DNA of 64,000 nucleotides, taken from Halobacteriovoraceae bacterium (GTDB taxonomy: Bacteria; Bdellovibrionota; Bacteriovoracia; Bacteriovoracales; Bacteriovoracaceae). Below are positions 18,264 through 28,120 of this stretch, piece by piece. The stretch is taken from NCBI GenBank assembly GCA_963719505.1, contig CAVRCF010000001.1, positions 416,001 through 480,000 on the forward strand, read 5' to 3'. Positions within the stretch are counted from its first letter, which is position 1; each line of letters opens with the position of its first letter. A program made the position numbers and the translations under genes. The notes under the pieces are model-generated. The model did not search any database, had not been told where the DNA came from, and saw nothing but the letters and a program-made list of their open reading frames with translations.

Positions 18264-19643
18264 ATGGAAAAGTATAATGGTAAGAAAGTTTTAGTTATCG
18301 GTCTTGGGAAAACAGGATTTGCTTTGATTAATCTCTTTAATCAATTCAAATGTGAAATTCGTGTAACAGATATAAAACCAATTTTTGATTTAAATAAGCC
18401 TGTTAAAAGACTTAAAAAAGTTACTCCGACACCAGCGATGACTTTAGGTGAGCACAAGCTTGAAGATTTCCTCGCTGCTGATATTATTGTTTATTCATCA
18501 AGCGTAGATCCAAATATGCCTCAACTTCAGGCTGCGAGAGAAGCTGGTAAAGCAGTTTATAGTGAGTTTGCTTTTGCTTATGAAAATTGTGATAAACCGG
18601 TTATTGCAGTTTGTGGAAGTAAGGGAAGAACAACGATTGCCCACATGATTGGTTTTGCTTTAAAATTAGAAAAGAAAAACGTTTTTGTTGGTGGAACAAA
18701 CACTGAACCATTTTGTAACTTTCTTATTCAACCAGAAAAAGATGATATTGATTACGTCGTTGTTGAGGTTAGTCCATTCCAATTACAATCAATGGATAAC
18801 TTTAGTCCCATTTTAGCAGTTTATCCAAATATCGAAGAGAGAACAATTGAAGGCAGATTTAAAACTGCAGGTGAGTATATTGAAAACTCACTTAAAGTGT
18901 TGAAAAACTTAAGTAAAGATAATTATTTAATCGTAAACTTTGATAAACTTTCAAGTAACTCTATTTTGAGAAACTCTGAAGCTCAAACGTTTTGGTACTC
19001 AAGAAAATCATTTGTTAAAATGGGAGTTATTACTGAGATCCAAGGAACTCACTTCCACGATAAAAGAATTCATTCCAACACACATTATCACTCAGAGTTT
19101 AAAGTTAACCAGATGAGAATTGTGGGTCAAAATAATAGAGAAAACCTTCTCGCGGCTATCACAGCTTTGAAAGCACTAAAGGTTTCAGATGTGTCTATTC
19201 AACAGGCCATTGAAAAGTTTCCTGGAATACCACATAGAATGGAATTTGTGATCGAGAAAAGTGGAGTTATGTTTTATAACGATGCCAAGTCAGAGACAAT
19301 GGCTGAGATGGCAGAGACTCTTCGCAATTTAAAGGGATCTGTAATCCTTATCTCTGGCGGAAAAGACACTGAGCAAATGTACGAAGGTTATAACGATATT
19401 ATCAACGAAAAAGTTCGCTTAATGGTTCTCGTTGGTGAGTGTAAAGAAAACATGAATAGGATCATAGGTGATTCGACTCAGACATTCTTAGTTGGATCTT
19501 TCGACGAATCTATTTTGTTGGCATTTCAAAAGTCGAGAACTGGTGACACGATCATTTTATGTCCAGGTAATGACTCCACAGATATTTTTAGAGATTATGA
19601 AGAGAAAGGTAACTATTATAAGAAATTAATTTTTCAAATATAA
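18264..19643 (+). CDS. murD: MurD-like ligase with divergent catalytic motifs
   Basis: GLGKTG, PHRME, NDAK, GG-K motifs and dcw position; several catalytic motifs altered; start ATG 18264 after GGAGA. Confidence 0.8.
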   Translation: MEKYNGKKVLVIGLGKTGFALINLFNQFKCEIRVTDIKPIFDLNKPVKRLKKVTPTPAMTLGEHKLEDFLAADIIVYSSSVDPNMPQLQAAREAGKAVYSEFAFAYENCDKPVIAVCGSKGRTTIAHMIGFALKLEKKNVFVGGTNTEPFCNFLIQPEKDDIDYVVVEVSPFQLQSMDNFSPILAVYPNIEERTIEGRFKTAGEYIENSLKVLKNLSKDNYLIVNFDKLSSNSILRNSEAQTFWYSRKSFVKMGVITEIQGTHFHDKRIHSNTHYHSEFKVNQMRIVGQNNRENLLAAITALKALKVSDVSIQQAIEKFPGIPHRMEFVIEKSGVMFYNDAKSETMAEMAETLRNLKGSVILISGGKDTEQMYEGYNDIINEKVRLMVLVGECKENMNRIIGDSTQTFLVGSFDESILLAFQKSRTGDTIILCPGNDSTDIFRDYEEKGNYYKKLIFQI

Positions 19644-19680
19644 TTAACCATTGATGTTCCATGTCACGTTCTGATACCAT

Positions 19681-20811
19681 TTGTTTATGACAGAAAAGAT
19701 AAAAAAATATTTTATTTGGGACATCAGCATACTTGTCTTTATTGGTCTGGTAATGGTGTGGTCATCTAGTTGGATCGTCGCTAAAGAAAACCTTGGATCT
19801 TCAATTCACTTTGTCTCTAAACAGATAATTTTTTTAGCGCTTGGATCTGCCCTGGCTTTTGCAGTTTCTAAATCAAAGCTTGGCTTCTGGTTTAGAAATG
19901 CTTACCGAATAAATTGCGTTGCTACATTCCTTCTTTTTTTAACATTTACCCCAATGGGACTTGTAATAAAAGGATCGAGTCGCTGGCTAAGCTTTGGTGG
20001 ATATAACTTACAACCTGGTGAATTTGTAAAATACACTGTTATGTTCTGTGCCCTTAGTTATTTTTCAAATTTTAATAAGTACTCACGCAACGATAAAATG
20101 CTTTACGTGCTCAATCTCATCGTCCCTTTAGGCCTTCTTATTATGCAGCCCGATTTCGGAACTTTTAGTATCACCGCTGTAATGATCGCTTTTATTTGGT
20201 TTATGAGCGACCTTCCAAGAAAATACTTTTACTCATCAATGGTTTTAGGGGCTGTCTCTGGTGCCGCTGTCTTGGTCGCTGCTCCCTATAGAGTTAAACG
20301 ATTGATGACCTTTTTAGATCCTTGGGCAGATCCTCAAGGTTCAGGTTTTCAAATCATTCAGTCTTATCTGGCCTTTGCAAATGGACATGTTTTTGGAAAA
20401 GGAATTGGAAATAGTAATGAGAAGCTCTACTATCTTCCAGAAGCTTACAATGACTTTATCTTCAGCGTCATTGGTGAAGAATTGGGTTTAATAGGAGTCA
20501 TCGCTGTTGTTGCTTTTTATATGATCTTTATTTACCTAGGTTTTCGTCTAGCATTGTCAGTGAAAAGTAAATTAAACACACAACTTATTGCAGCAGTTAT
20601 TTTTGCGATCGGTTTTCAAGCATTTTTAAATATGGGTGTCGTGCTAGGTCTTTTGCCAACAAAAGGGCTTAACTTGCCTTTTATCTCTTATGGTGGATCA
20701 TCATTGGTAGCAAACCTTATCGCTTTAGGGGCAGTTTTTTGCGCTTTATCCCCAAAGTCACAAATTGTTGACGAGGAATCCAAGCCTCAGTCTTACTCAT
20801 TTAACCCTTAG
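19681..20811 (+). CDS. ftsW: Peptidoglycan polymerase FtsW (SEDS)
   Basis: RW...LQPGEFVK, QPDFG, LPEAYNDFI, LPFISYGGSS. Confidence 0.95.
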   Translation: MFMTEKIKKYFIWDISILVFIGLVMVWSSSWIVAKENLGSSIHFVSKQIIFLALGSALAFAVSKSKLGFWFRNAYRINCVATFLLFLTFTPMGLVIKGSSRWLSFGGYNLQPGEFVKYTVMFCALSYFSNFNKYSRNDKMLYVLNLIVPLGLLIMQPDFGTFSITAVMIAFIWFMSDLPRKYFYSSMVLGAVSGAAVLVAAPYRVKRLMTFLDPWADPQGSGFQIIQSYLAFANGHVFGKGIGNSNEKLYYLPEAYNDFIFSVIGEELGLIGVIAVVAFYMIFIYLGFRLALSVKSKLNTQLIAAVIFAIGFQAFLNMGVVLGLLPTKGLNLPFISYGGSSLVANLIALGAVFCALSPKSQIVDEESKPQSYSFNP

Positions 20812-20820
20812 GTTTTAAAC

Positions 20821-21849
20821 ATGGAAAAAATATATCTTGTTGCAGGTGGTACTGGTGGTCATATAAATGCAGCCTTGTCGATTGGTAAGGATTATAAAAA
20901 AACGTATGACGTTCACTATATAACGGGCACCCGCTATTTAGATTATCAACTTTTTAAAGGTGAAAATGTTATTCACCTAGAGAGTAAGCCTCTAAAGGTA
21001 AAAAATCCGATCTATCTGAGTGTGAATATTGTTAAAAACATCTTTGTGTTCATTAAATTAATTTTTTTATTTCTTAAGACAAAGCCAAAGTTTTTCATCG
21101 GAGCTGGTGGGTATGTCTGTGGACCAGCTCTTTTGGCGGGATGGATTTTAAGAAAACCAATTTTTATTATCGAACAAAATGCAACAGTTGGGCTAACAAA
21201 TAAGCTGTTGGCAAAAATATCAAATAGAGTTTTCGTGCATTTTGAAAAGACAAGAGGATTAGAGAATCACAATAATCTTGTTCTTGCAGGAAACCCAATC
21301 AGAAAAGACATAGGCTTTAGCGAACAAAAATTAGAAGGCGATAAAATTAAAGTCTTAGCATATGGTGGAAGTCTTGGGGCTAACCAGATCAATAAGTCTC
21401 TTTATAAATATGTTCCTCATAAGAAAGAAAATATTCATATTCATCATCAAGTGGGAAAAGATAATATAAATCCGGAGATTGTCGCAAAAAACTATGAACA
21501 AATGGAGTATATCTCAGACATGCAAAAAGAATACGATTGGGCGAATATTATCGTGGCCCGATCTGGTGCTTCAACAGTTGCTGAGTTAAGAGTCGTGGGA
21601 AAGCCTTGTATTCTCATTCCATTTCCAGGGCATTCAGATCATCATCAACAATATAATGCTGAAGAATTAAAAAAGGATGCAAACTTTCCGGTAATGATAC
21701 TCAATAGCATGGCTTCGACAAAGCAGCTAGCCGAAGAGTTAGAAGATATAATAGAAAACTTTGAATTTAGTGACAAAAAGCTAGAAAGAACAAATGTGAT
21801 TGATTCTTTCGCTATTATAGATAAAGAGATTCAAAAATGTATGGAATAA
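20821..21849 (+). CDS. murG: Lipid I GlcNAc transferase
   Basis: GGTGGH, GGY, EQN, GNPIR, GGSLGA, RSGASTVAE. Confidence 0.94.
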   Translation: MEKIYLVAGGTGGHINAALSIGKDYKKTYDVHYITGTRYLDYQLFKGENVIHLESKPLKVKNPIYLSVNIVKNIFVFIKLIFLFLKTKPKFFIGAGGYVCGPALLAGWILRKPIFIIEQNATVGLTNKLLAKISNRVFVHFEKTRGLENHNNLVLAGNPIRKDIGFSEQKLEGDKIKVLAYGGSLGANQINKSLYKYVPHKKENIHIHHQVGKDNINPEIVAKNYEQMEYISDMQKEYDWANIIVARSGASTVAELRVVGKPCILIPFPGHSDHHQQYNAEELKKDANFPVMILNSMASTKQLAEELEDIIENFEFSDKKLERTNVIDSFAIIDKEIQKCME

Positions 21850-23231
21850 ATAAAGATCTCCACCTCCATTTTATTGGAATCGGTGGAATAGGAATGAGTG
21901 GAATTGCCAAAGTTCTAATGAACCTTGGGTACTCGATAAGTGGATCGGATCTTGGCGAGAATGAAACGACTGAAAAGTTAAAGCTTGCAGGTGCAAAAAT
22001 TTACAAAGGCCACTCAAAAGAGAATATTAAAGATGTACAAATTGTTGTGTACTCTTCAGCTATAGACCCCACAAATCCAGAAATCATTGAAGCAAAAGCT
22101 CAAAAAATCCCAATGATCAGAAGAGCAGAGATGCTTGCAGAGCTGATGCGTCTAAAGTACGGGATGGCTGTTGCTGGCTCTCATGGTAAAACGACTACGA
22201 CGAGTTTTCTCTCTACTATAATGAATGGTCTCAACCATAATCCGACATATATCATTGGAGGGCTCGTTAAAAACCTTCAAGATAATGCAGCGATTGGCGA
22301 TAGCGACCTTCTTATCGCCGAAGCCGATGAATCAGACGGATCTTTTCTATACCTCAACCCTATAATGTCGGTGATTACAAATATTGATAACGACCACCTC
22401 GACTATCATAAAACCTTAGAGAACCTTCATAATGCCTTTTCTGAATTTTCAAATAAAGTACCCTTTTATGGTGTTGTCGCTTTAAATGCAAATGATAAAC
22501 CTAGTGTCGCTCTTCTAAAAAAATTAAAGAGACCTCATATCTTCTTTGCCGTTGAGGGGCTAGAGCTGCATACTTCTGAGGTGGATATGTTTGCTCGAGA
22601 TGTTGAAGAGACAGTGGATGGAGCTAAGTTCAAAGTAGTCGTAGAAAATGAAATTGTTCCTTTTGAAATTTCTTTGAATGGTTTACACAATATATCAAAT
22701 GCACTTGGAGCTATTTCTTTAGCTAGGGCTTACGGTGCCAAGCTCACTGATATTGCCAAGGCAATCAAAACATTTGAGGGTGTCAGTAGAAGACAAGAAG
22801 TAATTTACACAAGTGACTCACTTGTAATTATCGATGACTACGCCCATCACCCAACAGAAATAAAAGCAACAATAAGTACCGTTAAAAATAAATTTCCACA
22901 GAAAAAGTTAATCGTATGCTTTGAGCCCCATCGCTTTTCCAGAACAAAGAATTTCTGGGAAGAGTTTATTGCAAGCTTTGAAGGCGCTGGAGAGGTTTAT
23001 ATCTCTCCTATTTACGCTGCTAGTGAGCAACCTATCCCCTATATAGACTCTGAGATTTTAGTTAAAAATATTAATAGCACTGGTCTTCCATGCTTTTATT
23101 TAGAGAGTACTAAAAAGATAGTCGATGTTATAGACAACCACTTAAAAGACCAGACCGTTATACTCACCTTAGGTGCTGGTGCAATAAGTAAGATTGTGAA
23201 AGAGATTGTTAATGAAAAGTTTAGAAAGTGA
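21837..23231 (+). CDS. murC: UDP-MurNAc-L-alanine ligase
   Basis: GIGGIGMSG, GSHGKTTT, EADESD, DDYAHHP. Confidence 0.96.
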   Translation: MYGINKDLHLHFIGIGGIGMSGIAKVLMNLGYSISGSDLGENETTEKLKLAGAKIYKGHSKENIKDVQIVVYSSAIDPTNPEIIEAKAQKIPMIRRAEMLAELMRLKYGMAVAGSHGKTTTTSFLSTIMNGLNHNPTYIIGGLVKNLQDNAAIGDSDLLIAEADESDGSFLYLNPIMSVITNIDNDHLDYHKTLENLHNAFSEFSNKVPFYGVVALNANDKPSVALLKKLKRPHIFFAVEGLELHTSEVDMFARDVEETVDGAKFKVVVENEIVPFEISLNGLHNISNALGAISLARAYGAKLTDIAKAIKTFEGVSRRQEVIYTSDSLVIIDDYAHHPTEIKATISTVKNKFPQKKLIVCFEPHRFSRTKNFWEEFIASFEGAGEVYISPIYAASEQPIPYIDSEILVKNINSTGLPCFYLESTKKIVDVIDNHLKDQTVILTLGAGAISKIVKEIVNEKFRK

Positions 23232-24108
23232 AATTCAATCGCTAGAAAATATAGATTTCAAGGTTTCCTGCGATCTCTCAAAATTTACCACTATTAAGCT
23301 AAAAAAAGTTGGTGACGTCCTTATTGTGCGTTCACTTGAATCTTTGAAAAAATCTTTGGAAATTATAAAACGCTATAAAAAAAAGTATCACCTTGTCGGT
23401 TGGGGCGCAAACCAGATTCTCCTAAATACAAAGGACGTTATCTTTATAAAAATAATGTTTGACTTTGATCGAAGCTATCTTGCAAGCCCAAAGGATGAGT
23501 ATGTCTTACCGGCTAATGTGCCTCTTAACATTCTAACCAGTCATGCAAAAAAGTTTGGACTTTCTGGATGGGAAGTTTTCACCGGCATACCCGCGAGTCT
23601 CGGTGGGGCTATTTATATGAATGCAGGCACGAACTTAGGTGAGATGAAAGATATCGTTAAGTCAGTGACAATTTTAAGAACCTCCTTAAATGTTGAAGAG
23701 GTTGTGGTAGACGAAACCTCTTTTAGTTATAGAGAAAATAGTATCATAAAGCCAGGTGACATCATCGTTGGGGCCACTCTTTTCCATCATGGATTAGATG
23801 ATTTAATCGGTAAAAAGATTGATAATTACCTAACTTTAAGGAAGGAAACTCAACCACTTCAGAGCTTTAACTGTGGCTGTGTGTTCAAAAACTTCGATAT
23901 AAATCATAGAGCTGGTCAATATATTGACGTTATTGGTTTAAAAGGTCTTAGGTTAGGAGATCTGATGGTAAGTGAAAAGCATGCAAACTTTATAGAGAAT
24001 ACTGGATCCGCGAAATCTGAGGATTTCGTCAATCTTACTGAAGAGTTAAAATACCAACTAGAACTCTTTTCGGGAATTCAGTTTGAATTAGAAGCAAAAG
24101 TCTATTAA
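23206..24108 (+). CDS. murB: UDP-N-acetylenolpyruvoylglucosamine reductase
   Basis: GIPASLGGAIYMNAG, FSYR, QP...GCVFKN, HANF. Confidence 0.93.
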   Translation: MLMKSLESEIQSLENIDFKVSCDLSKFTTIKLKKVGDVLIVRSLESLKKSLEIIKRYKKKYHLVGWGANQILLNTKDVIFIKIMFDFDRSYLASPKDEYVLPANVPLNILTSHAKKFGLSGWEVFTGIPASLGGAIYMNAGTNLGEMKDIVKSVTILRTSLNVEEVVVDETSFSYRENSIIKPGDIIVGATLFHHGLDDLIGKKIDNYLTLRKETQPLQSFNCGCVFKNFDINHRAGQYIDVIGLKGLRLGDLMVSEKHANFIENTGSAKSEDFVNLTEELKYQLELFSGIQFELEAKVY

Positions 24109-24118
24109 ACTATAAGCT

Positions 24119-24877
24119 ATGAGAAATATACTAATTACTATTTCCTTATTCTCACTCCTTTTTCTTGGCGAAGTTTTTTCGGCTCCAAAAACAAATACAT
24201 TTATTGGAGAGCTTCATTACAAAACAGTTTTTAATAAATGTCCGTCAAAAGTTGGTGGAAAGCTGACGCTACTTTTGATGAGAGAATTCGAAAAAAATAA
24301 GTCATTAAAAGATGTTAAAGAAAAGATTGTGACTGAAAAGCTTGATCAAAAGTACTTCTTGAGTGATTACAAAATTACATTTGATCCACTTCTTAATAGA
24401 ATTAAATTTGACTTTGAATGCCCAGACGCATTGATGAAAGTTCAAATATATAAGAAAAATGGAGATGAATTCTATACAGCAATTTTGGTTGATAACGGAG
24501 ACCTTGTAGATCCAACATATGAAGTGCTTTTAAGAAGTGAAAAAAAACTTAAAGGAAAACTTCCGGAGTTAGCGGTCCCCGTCAGTGTTTTAGACAGTAA
24601 AGGGCATTTAGAAATAACAAAACTTGTGGCCAAGATGGCACCAGACTTTAGAAAGAAAATTTCTGAAGTTATCATTAACGATAATAGTGAGTTAACTATT
24701 ATTCTCTCGATCAATAAAAGAGCCGCTAGTGTTTTCATGGGGAAAGATTACTGGAGCGAAAAAGTCGGGAAACTTGTAAAAGTAATAACTTACCTTAAAA
24801 AGAAAAAAACTATTCCGGCAATTATAAATCTTACCAATTCTAAGAAAATAGTTGTCAAGTTCTCTGACACACTCTAA
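24119..24877 (+). CDS. Divergent FtsQ/DivIB-like protein
   Basis: N-terminal hydrophobic segment; between murB and ftsA; C-terminal IINLTNSKKIVVK resembles the FtsQ last strands. Confidence 0.5.
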   Translation: MRNILITISLFSLLFLGEVFSAPKTNTFIGELHYKTVFNKCPSKVGGKLTLLLMREFEKNKSLKDVKEKIVTEKLDQKYFLSDYKITFDPLLNRIKFDFECPDALMKVQIYKKNGDEFYTAILVDNGDLVDPTYEVLLRSEKKLKGKLPELAVPVSVLDSKGHLEITKLVAKMAPDFRKKISEVIINDNSELTIILSINKRAASVFMGKDYWSEKVGKLVKVITYLKKKKTIPAIINLTNSKKIVVKFSDTL

Positions 24878-24972
24878 AGTTATAGTAAGTGCGTAGTGCA
24901 CAACTAATGATTACAGAATGAATCTGTGACTGTATTTAAACATTTAGAAATATAGTGAGAAAGGAATCTCGC

Positions 24973-26223
24973 ATGAACGAAAAGCAACAAATAGTATCTT
25001 TAGACGTCGGAACGACGAAGGTATGTACTATCATTGGTACGGCCAGTTCTGATGGAATCGAAATAATCGGGGTGGGTTCACATCCAAGCTACGGTCTTAA
25101 AAAAGGTTCAGTCGTAAATATCGATAAGACAGTTCGATCTATTCGTTGTTCTATTGAAGACGCTAAGCAGATGTCTGGTGTTCAAGATATTACTCACGCA
25201 ACAATCGGAATAGCTGGAAATCATATCTATTGTTTTAATAGTTCTGGAGTTGTTGCAGTTAAAGGAAAAGAGATTGTTGCAGCGGATGTTGATAGAGTTA
25301 TCGAAGCAGCGAAAGCAGTTCTAATACCTTCGGATAGAGAAGTTCTTCACGTTATTCCACAAGAGTTTAGAGTTGATAACACCGCTGGTATTAAAAACCC
25401 TGTCGGTATGTGTGGTTCACGTCTAGAAGCCCATGTTCATATCGTTACAGGAAAAACTCCACTCATTCAAAACCTTATTAAATGTGTTGAAGCGGCTGGA
25501 ATTCATGCAGAAAATATAATCTTACAACCAATTGCTTCATCAAGATCAGTTTTAACAGATGAAGAAAAAGAGCTTGGTGTTGTTCTTGTCGATATTGGCG
25601 GTGGAACAACTGATATAGCAGTTTGGAAAGATGGAAGCTTAATTCACTCTCAGATTATTCCTGTTGGCGGTAACCATTTTACAAATGATTTAGCTGTCGC
25701 TTTAAAGATTCCACATAACGAAGCAGAAAGAATAAAGTTAAATCATGGATGTGTTCTTCCAGAAAAAGTAAATCAATCAGCTCATATATCAGTTCAAGGT
25801 TTATCTGGCACAAAGCCAAGAGAAGTAAGACTTGGCACTGTCGCTGAAGTTCTCGGTGCTAGAGCAGAAGAGTTATTCTCTGTTATTGAAAATATGGTAA
25901 AAGACAATAATCTCCACACTTTAATTAACGGAGGTTATGTTATCACCGGTGGTGGAGCTTTAATTAAGGGTCTTCAAGAGTTGGCAGAATATGTTCTTGA
26001 AAAGCCAGCGAAGATTGGTTTTCCAAAACCTTTTGGCGGAATGACTAATATTATGCAAAATCCAAAATTTTCTACAGTATTAGGGTTGATGTTAGAGTCT
26101 ACAAAAGATTTTGATAGTAATAATAAAAAAACGAAGAACTCAGATAAGAATATTTCAAGTGAACACGACATACTTGGAAGATTTAGTGACTCTTTAAAAA
26201 ATGTATTTAGAGAAATATTTTAA
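24973..26223 (+). CDS. ftsA: Cell division protein FtsA
   Basis: [29 protein letters not shown]. Confidence 0.96.
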   Translation: MNEKQQIVSLDVGTTKVCTIIGTASSDGIEIIGVGSHPSYGLKKGSVVNIDKTVRSIRCSIEDAKQMSGVQDITHATIGIAGNHIYCFNSSGVVAVKGKEIVAADVDRVIEAAKAVLIPSDREVLHVIPQEFRVDNTAGIKNPVGMCGSRLEAHVHIVTGKTPLIQNLIKCVEAAGIHAENIILQPIASSRSVLTDEEKELGVVLVDIGGGTTDIAVWKDGSLIHSQIIPVGGNHFTNDLAVALKIPHNEAERIKLNHGCVLPEKVNQSAHISVQGLSGTKPREVRLGTVAEVLGARAEELFSVIENMVKDNNLHTLINGGYVITGGGALIKGLQELAEYVLEKPAKIGFPKPFGGMTNIMQNPKFSTVLGLMLESTKDFDSNNKKTKNSDKNISSEHDILGRFSDSLKNVFREIF

Positions 26224-26233
26224 TTCGGAGGAT

Positions 26234-27709
26234 ATGATGTTTGAAATAGCCGATCAAAACGAAAAAGAAGTTGGTGCAAAAATTAAAGTAATTGGTGTCG
26301 GAGGCGGTGGATGTAATGCTGTTAATACGATGATCAAGTCTGGTTTATCTGGAGTTGAGTTTATCGTTGCTAACACGGACTCACAAGCTCTTGCAGCCAA
26401 CTTAGCACCAACAAAAATTCAACTAGGTTCTGACTTAACAAAAGGTCTTGGAGCAGGTGCAAATCCAGAAGTCGGAAGAAAAGCGGCTCTTGATGATTAC
26501 GAAAGATTAAGTGATGTTCTTGACGGCGCAGATATGGTTTTTGTCACTGCCGGAATGGGCGGTGGAACAGGAACTGGAGCTGCACCAGTTATAGCAAAAC
26601 TAGCAAAAGAAATGGGTGCACTAACAGTTGGTGTTGTTACAAAGCCATTTATGTTTGAAGGTAAAAAGAGAATGAAGCAAGCAGGACTTGGTATTCAAGC
26701 TCTTGAAGAGTGCGTTGACTCACTAATTACGATTCCAAACCAAAGACTCCTTCAGCTAGCAGGTGAAAGTCTTTCTCTTGTTGATACTTTTAGAAAAGCT
26801 GATGAAGTATTACTTCATGCAGTACAAGGTATTTCAGACCTGATTAATAATACCGGATTTATAAATGCTGACTTTGCGGATGTAAGTACTGTAATGGCAA
26901 ATAAAGGTCTTGCTCTTATGGGTACAGGTATTTGTAGTGGTCCTGATAGAGCTGTGAAAGCTGCAACAGACGCAATAAGTTCACCTCTACTTGAAGATAT
27001 TACAATTGATGGGGCAACTGGAATTATCATTAATATTTCAGGAAGCAGCTCTTTATCTATGCACGAAACAAATGAGGCTGTAACTCTAATAATGGAAGCG
27101 GCTGACGAAGATGCTGAAATTATTTTTGGAACAGTAATTGATGAAGACTTAGGTGATGATATCAAGATCACCGTTATAGCAACTGGTCTTGGCGGAGGAA
27201 CTACGGTCCGCGAAATTGGAAAACCAGTGTCTGAAATAGCAAGCCAGAGAATTGAGCCTACTTTTCAAGCTCCAGCTTACGTTGAGCCAATGGATTCACC
27301 AATGGAAGAGCTTCCAGCTTTTTCAGAAGCTATAACTAATAACGATACATCTACTCTTGATACTTTCTTAACAGAGAGCTCTGTTAATGAATTAAGAGAA
27401 GAGACAATCGAAGCGAATCAAAGTCGCTATGAAGATCTTTCAGCTCCAGCAAAAGCACCAGCAAAAGAGAGATCTAATCTCGCTCAAACAATTCAAAATG
27501 CAGCTCATAACTATGAGTCGACTAAGAGTGAAGAAGATAGTGTTGAACTAAGTTCACACAATGACTCTCAAAAAGAAGAAGTCGCAAAAGAGGGCTCAAG
27601 AGCGAAGTCAATAGCTGAAAAACTAGGCTTTATGAATTTTGATGATGATGAATTTGATACTCCAAGCTTTATGAGAAAAGATGGACCAGCTTCAGAGTCT
27701 CAGCCATAG
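26234..27709 (+). CDS. ftsZ: Cell division protein FtsZ with long acidic linker
   Basis: GVGGGG, GGGTGTG, NADFAD; C-terminal [17 protein letters not shown]. Confidence 0.98.
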   Translation: MMFEIADQNEKEVGAKIKVIGVGGGGCNAVNTMIKSGLSGVEFIVANTDSQALAANLAPTKIQLGSDLTKGLGAGANPEVGRKAALDDYERLSDVLDGADMVFVTAGMGGGTGTGAAPVIAKLAKEMGALTVGVVTKPFMFEGKKRMKQAGLGIQALEECVDSLITIPNQRLLQLAGESLSLVDTFRKADEVLLHAVQGISDLINNTGFINADFADVSTVMANKGLALMGTGICSGPDRAVKAATDAISSPLLEDITIDGATGIIINISGSSSLSMHETNEAVTLIMEAADEDAEIIFGTVIDEDLGDDIKITVIATGLGGGTTVREIGKPVSEIASQRIEPTFQAPAYVEPMDSPMEELPAFSEAITNNDTSTLDTFLTESSVNELREETIEANQSRYEDLSAPAKAPAKERSNLAQTIQNAAHNYESTKSEEDSVELSSHNDSQKEEVAKEGSRAKSIAEKLGFMNFDDDEFDTPSFMRKDGPASESQP

Positions 27710-27732
27710 TAATTAAAAAATTAATTGAATAT

Positions 27733-27762
27733 AAAAGCCTCACTTAGTGGGGCTTTTTTTTT
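27733..27762. terminator. Bidirectional intrinsic terminator
   Basis: AAAAGCCTCAC-TTA-GTGGGGCTTTT plus T-run, between convergent genes. Confidence 0.8.
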
Positions 27763-28120
27763 GGTAATAATCTAAAGTCGTTATAATCTTATTGTTCACT
27801 TCTTTGTAGGATGGCCTAAGAAATCCTAAGTGACCTTCTTCGTAGTATTTAATTTTTTTGTGATAAAGTTCAACACTCTGTTCTTCTTGGCCAGGTGAAC
27901 ACTCACAAGAATCAATGATAACCCATTCGCTACTTTTGTAGTCCTTAAAATGAGCCTGACAAAATGAAAGGCCGTCTGATTCTATGATAGAGTCTTCTTC
28001 GAAAATTTCGTTACAAATAACACAAATACTTTTGGATGAAATTTTTTGATTTTTGTTCATTGACTGCGAAACAAAAAATGCAATTAAAATAATTATGATC
28101 GCTAAATATACAGCTATCAC
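27740..28120 (-). CDS. Membrane-anchored hypothetical protein with CxxC...CxxH motif
   Basis: N-terminal TM helix; CVIC and CQAH; coupled to the rnj stop. Confidence 0.65.
   Translation of the reverse strand: MIAVYLAIIIILIAFFVSQSMNKNQKISSKSICVICNEIFEEDSIIESDGLSFCQAHFKDYKSSEWVIIDSCECSPGQEEQSVELYHKKIKYYEEGHLGFLRPSYKEVNNKIITTLDYYQKKSPTK

Noticed and set aside
27190-27640. Long FtsZ linker as an intein or insertion
   Set aside because: Low-complexity acidic linker without intein motifs; long linkers are common.
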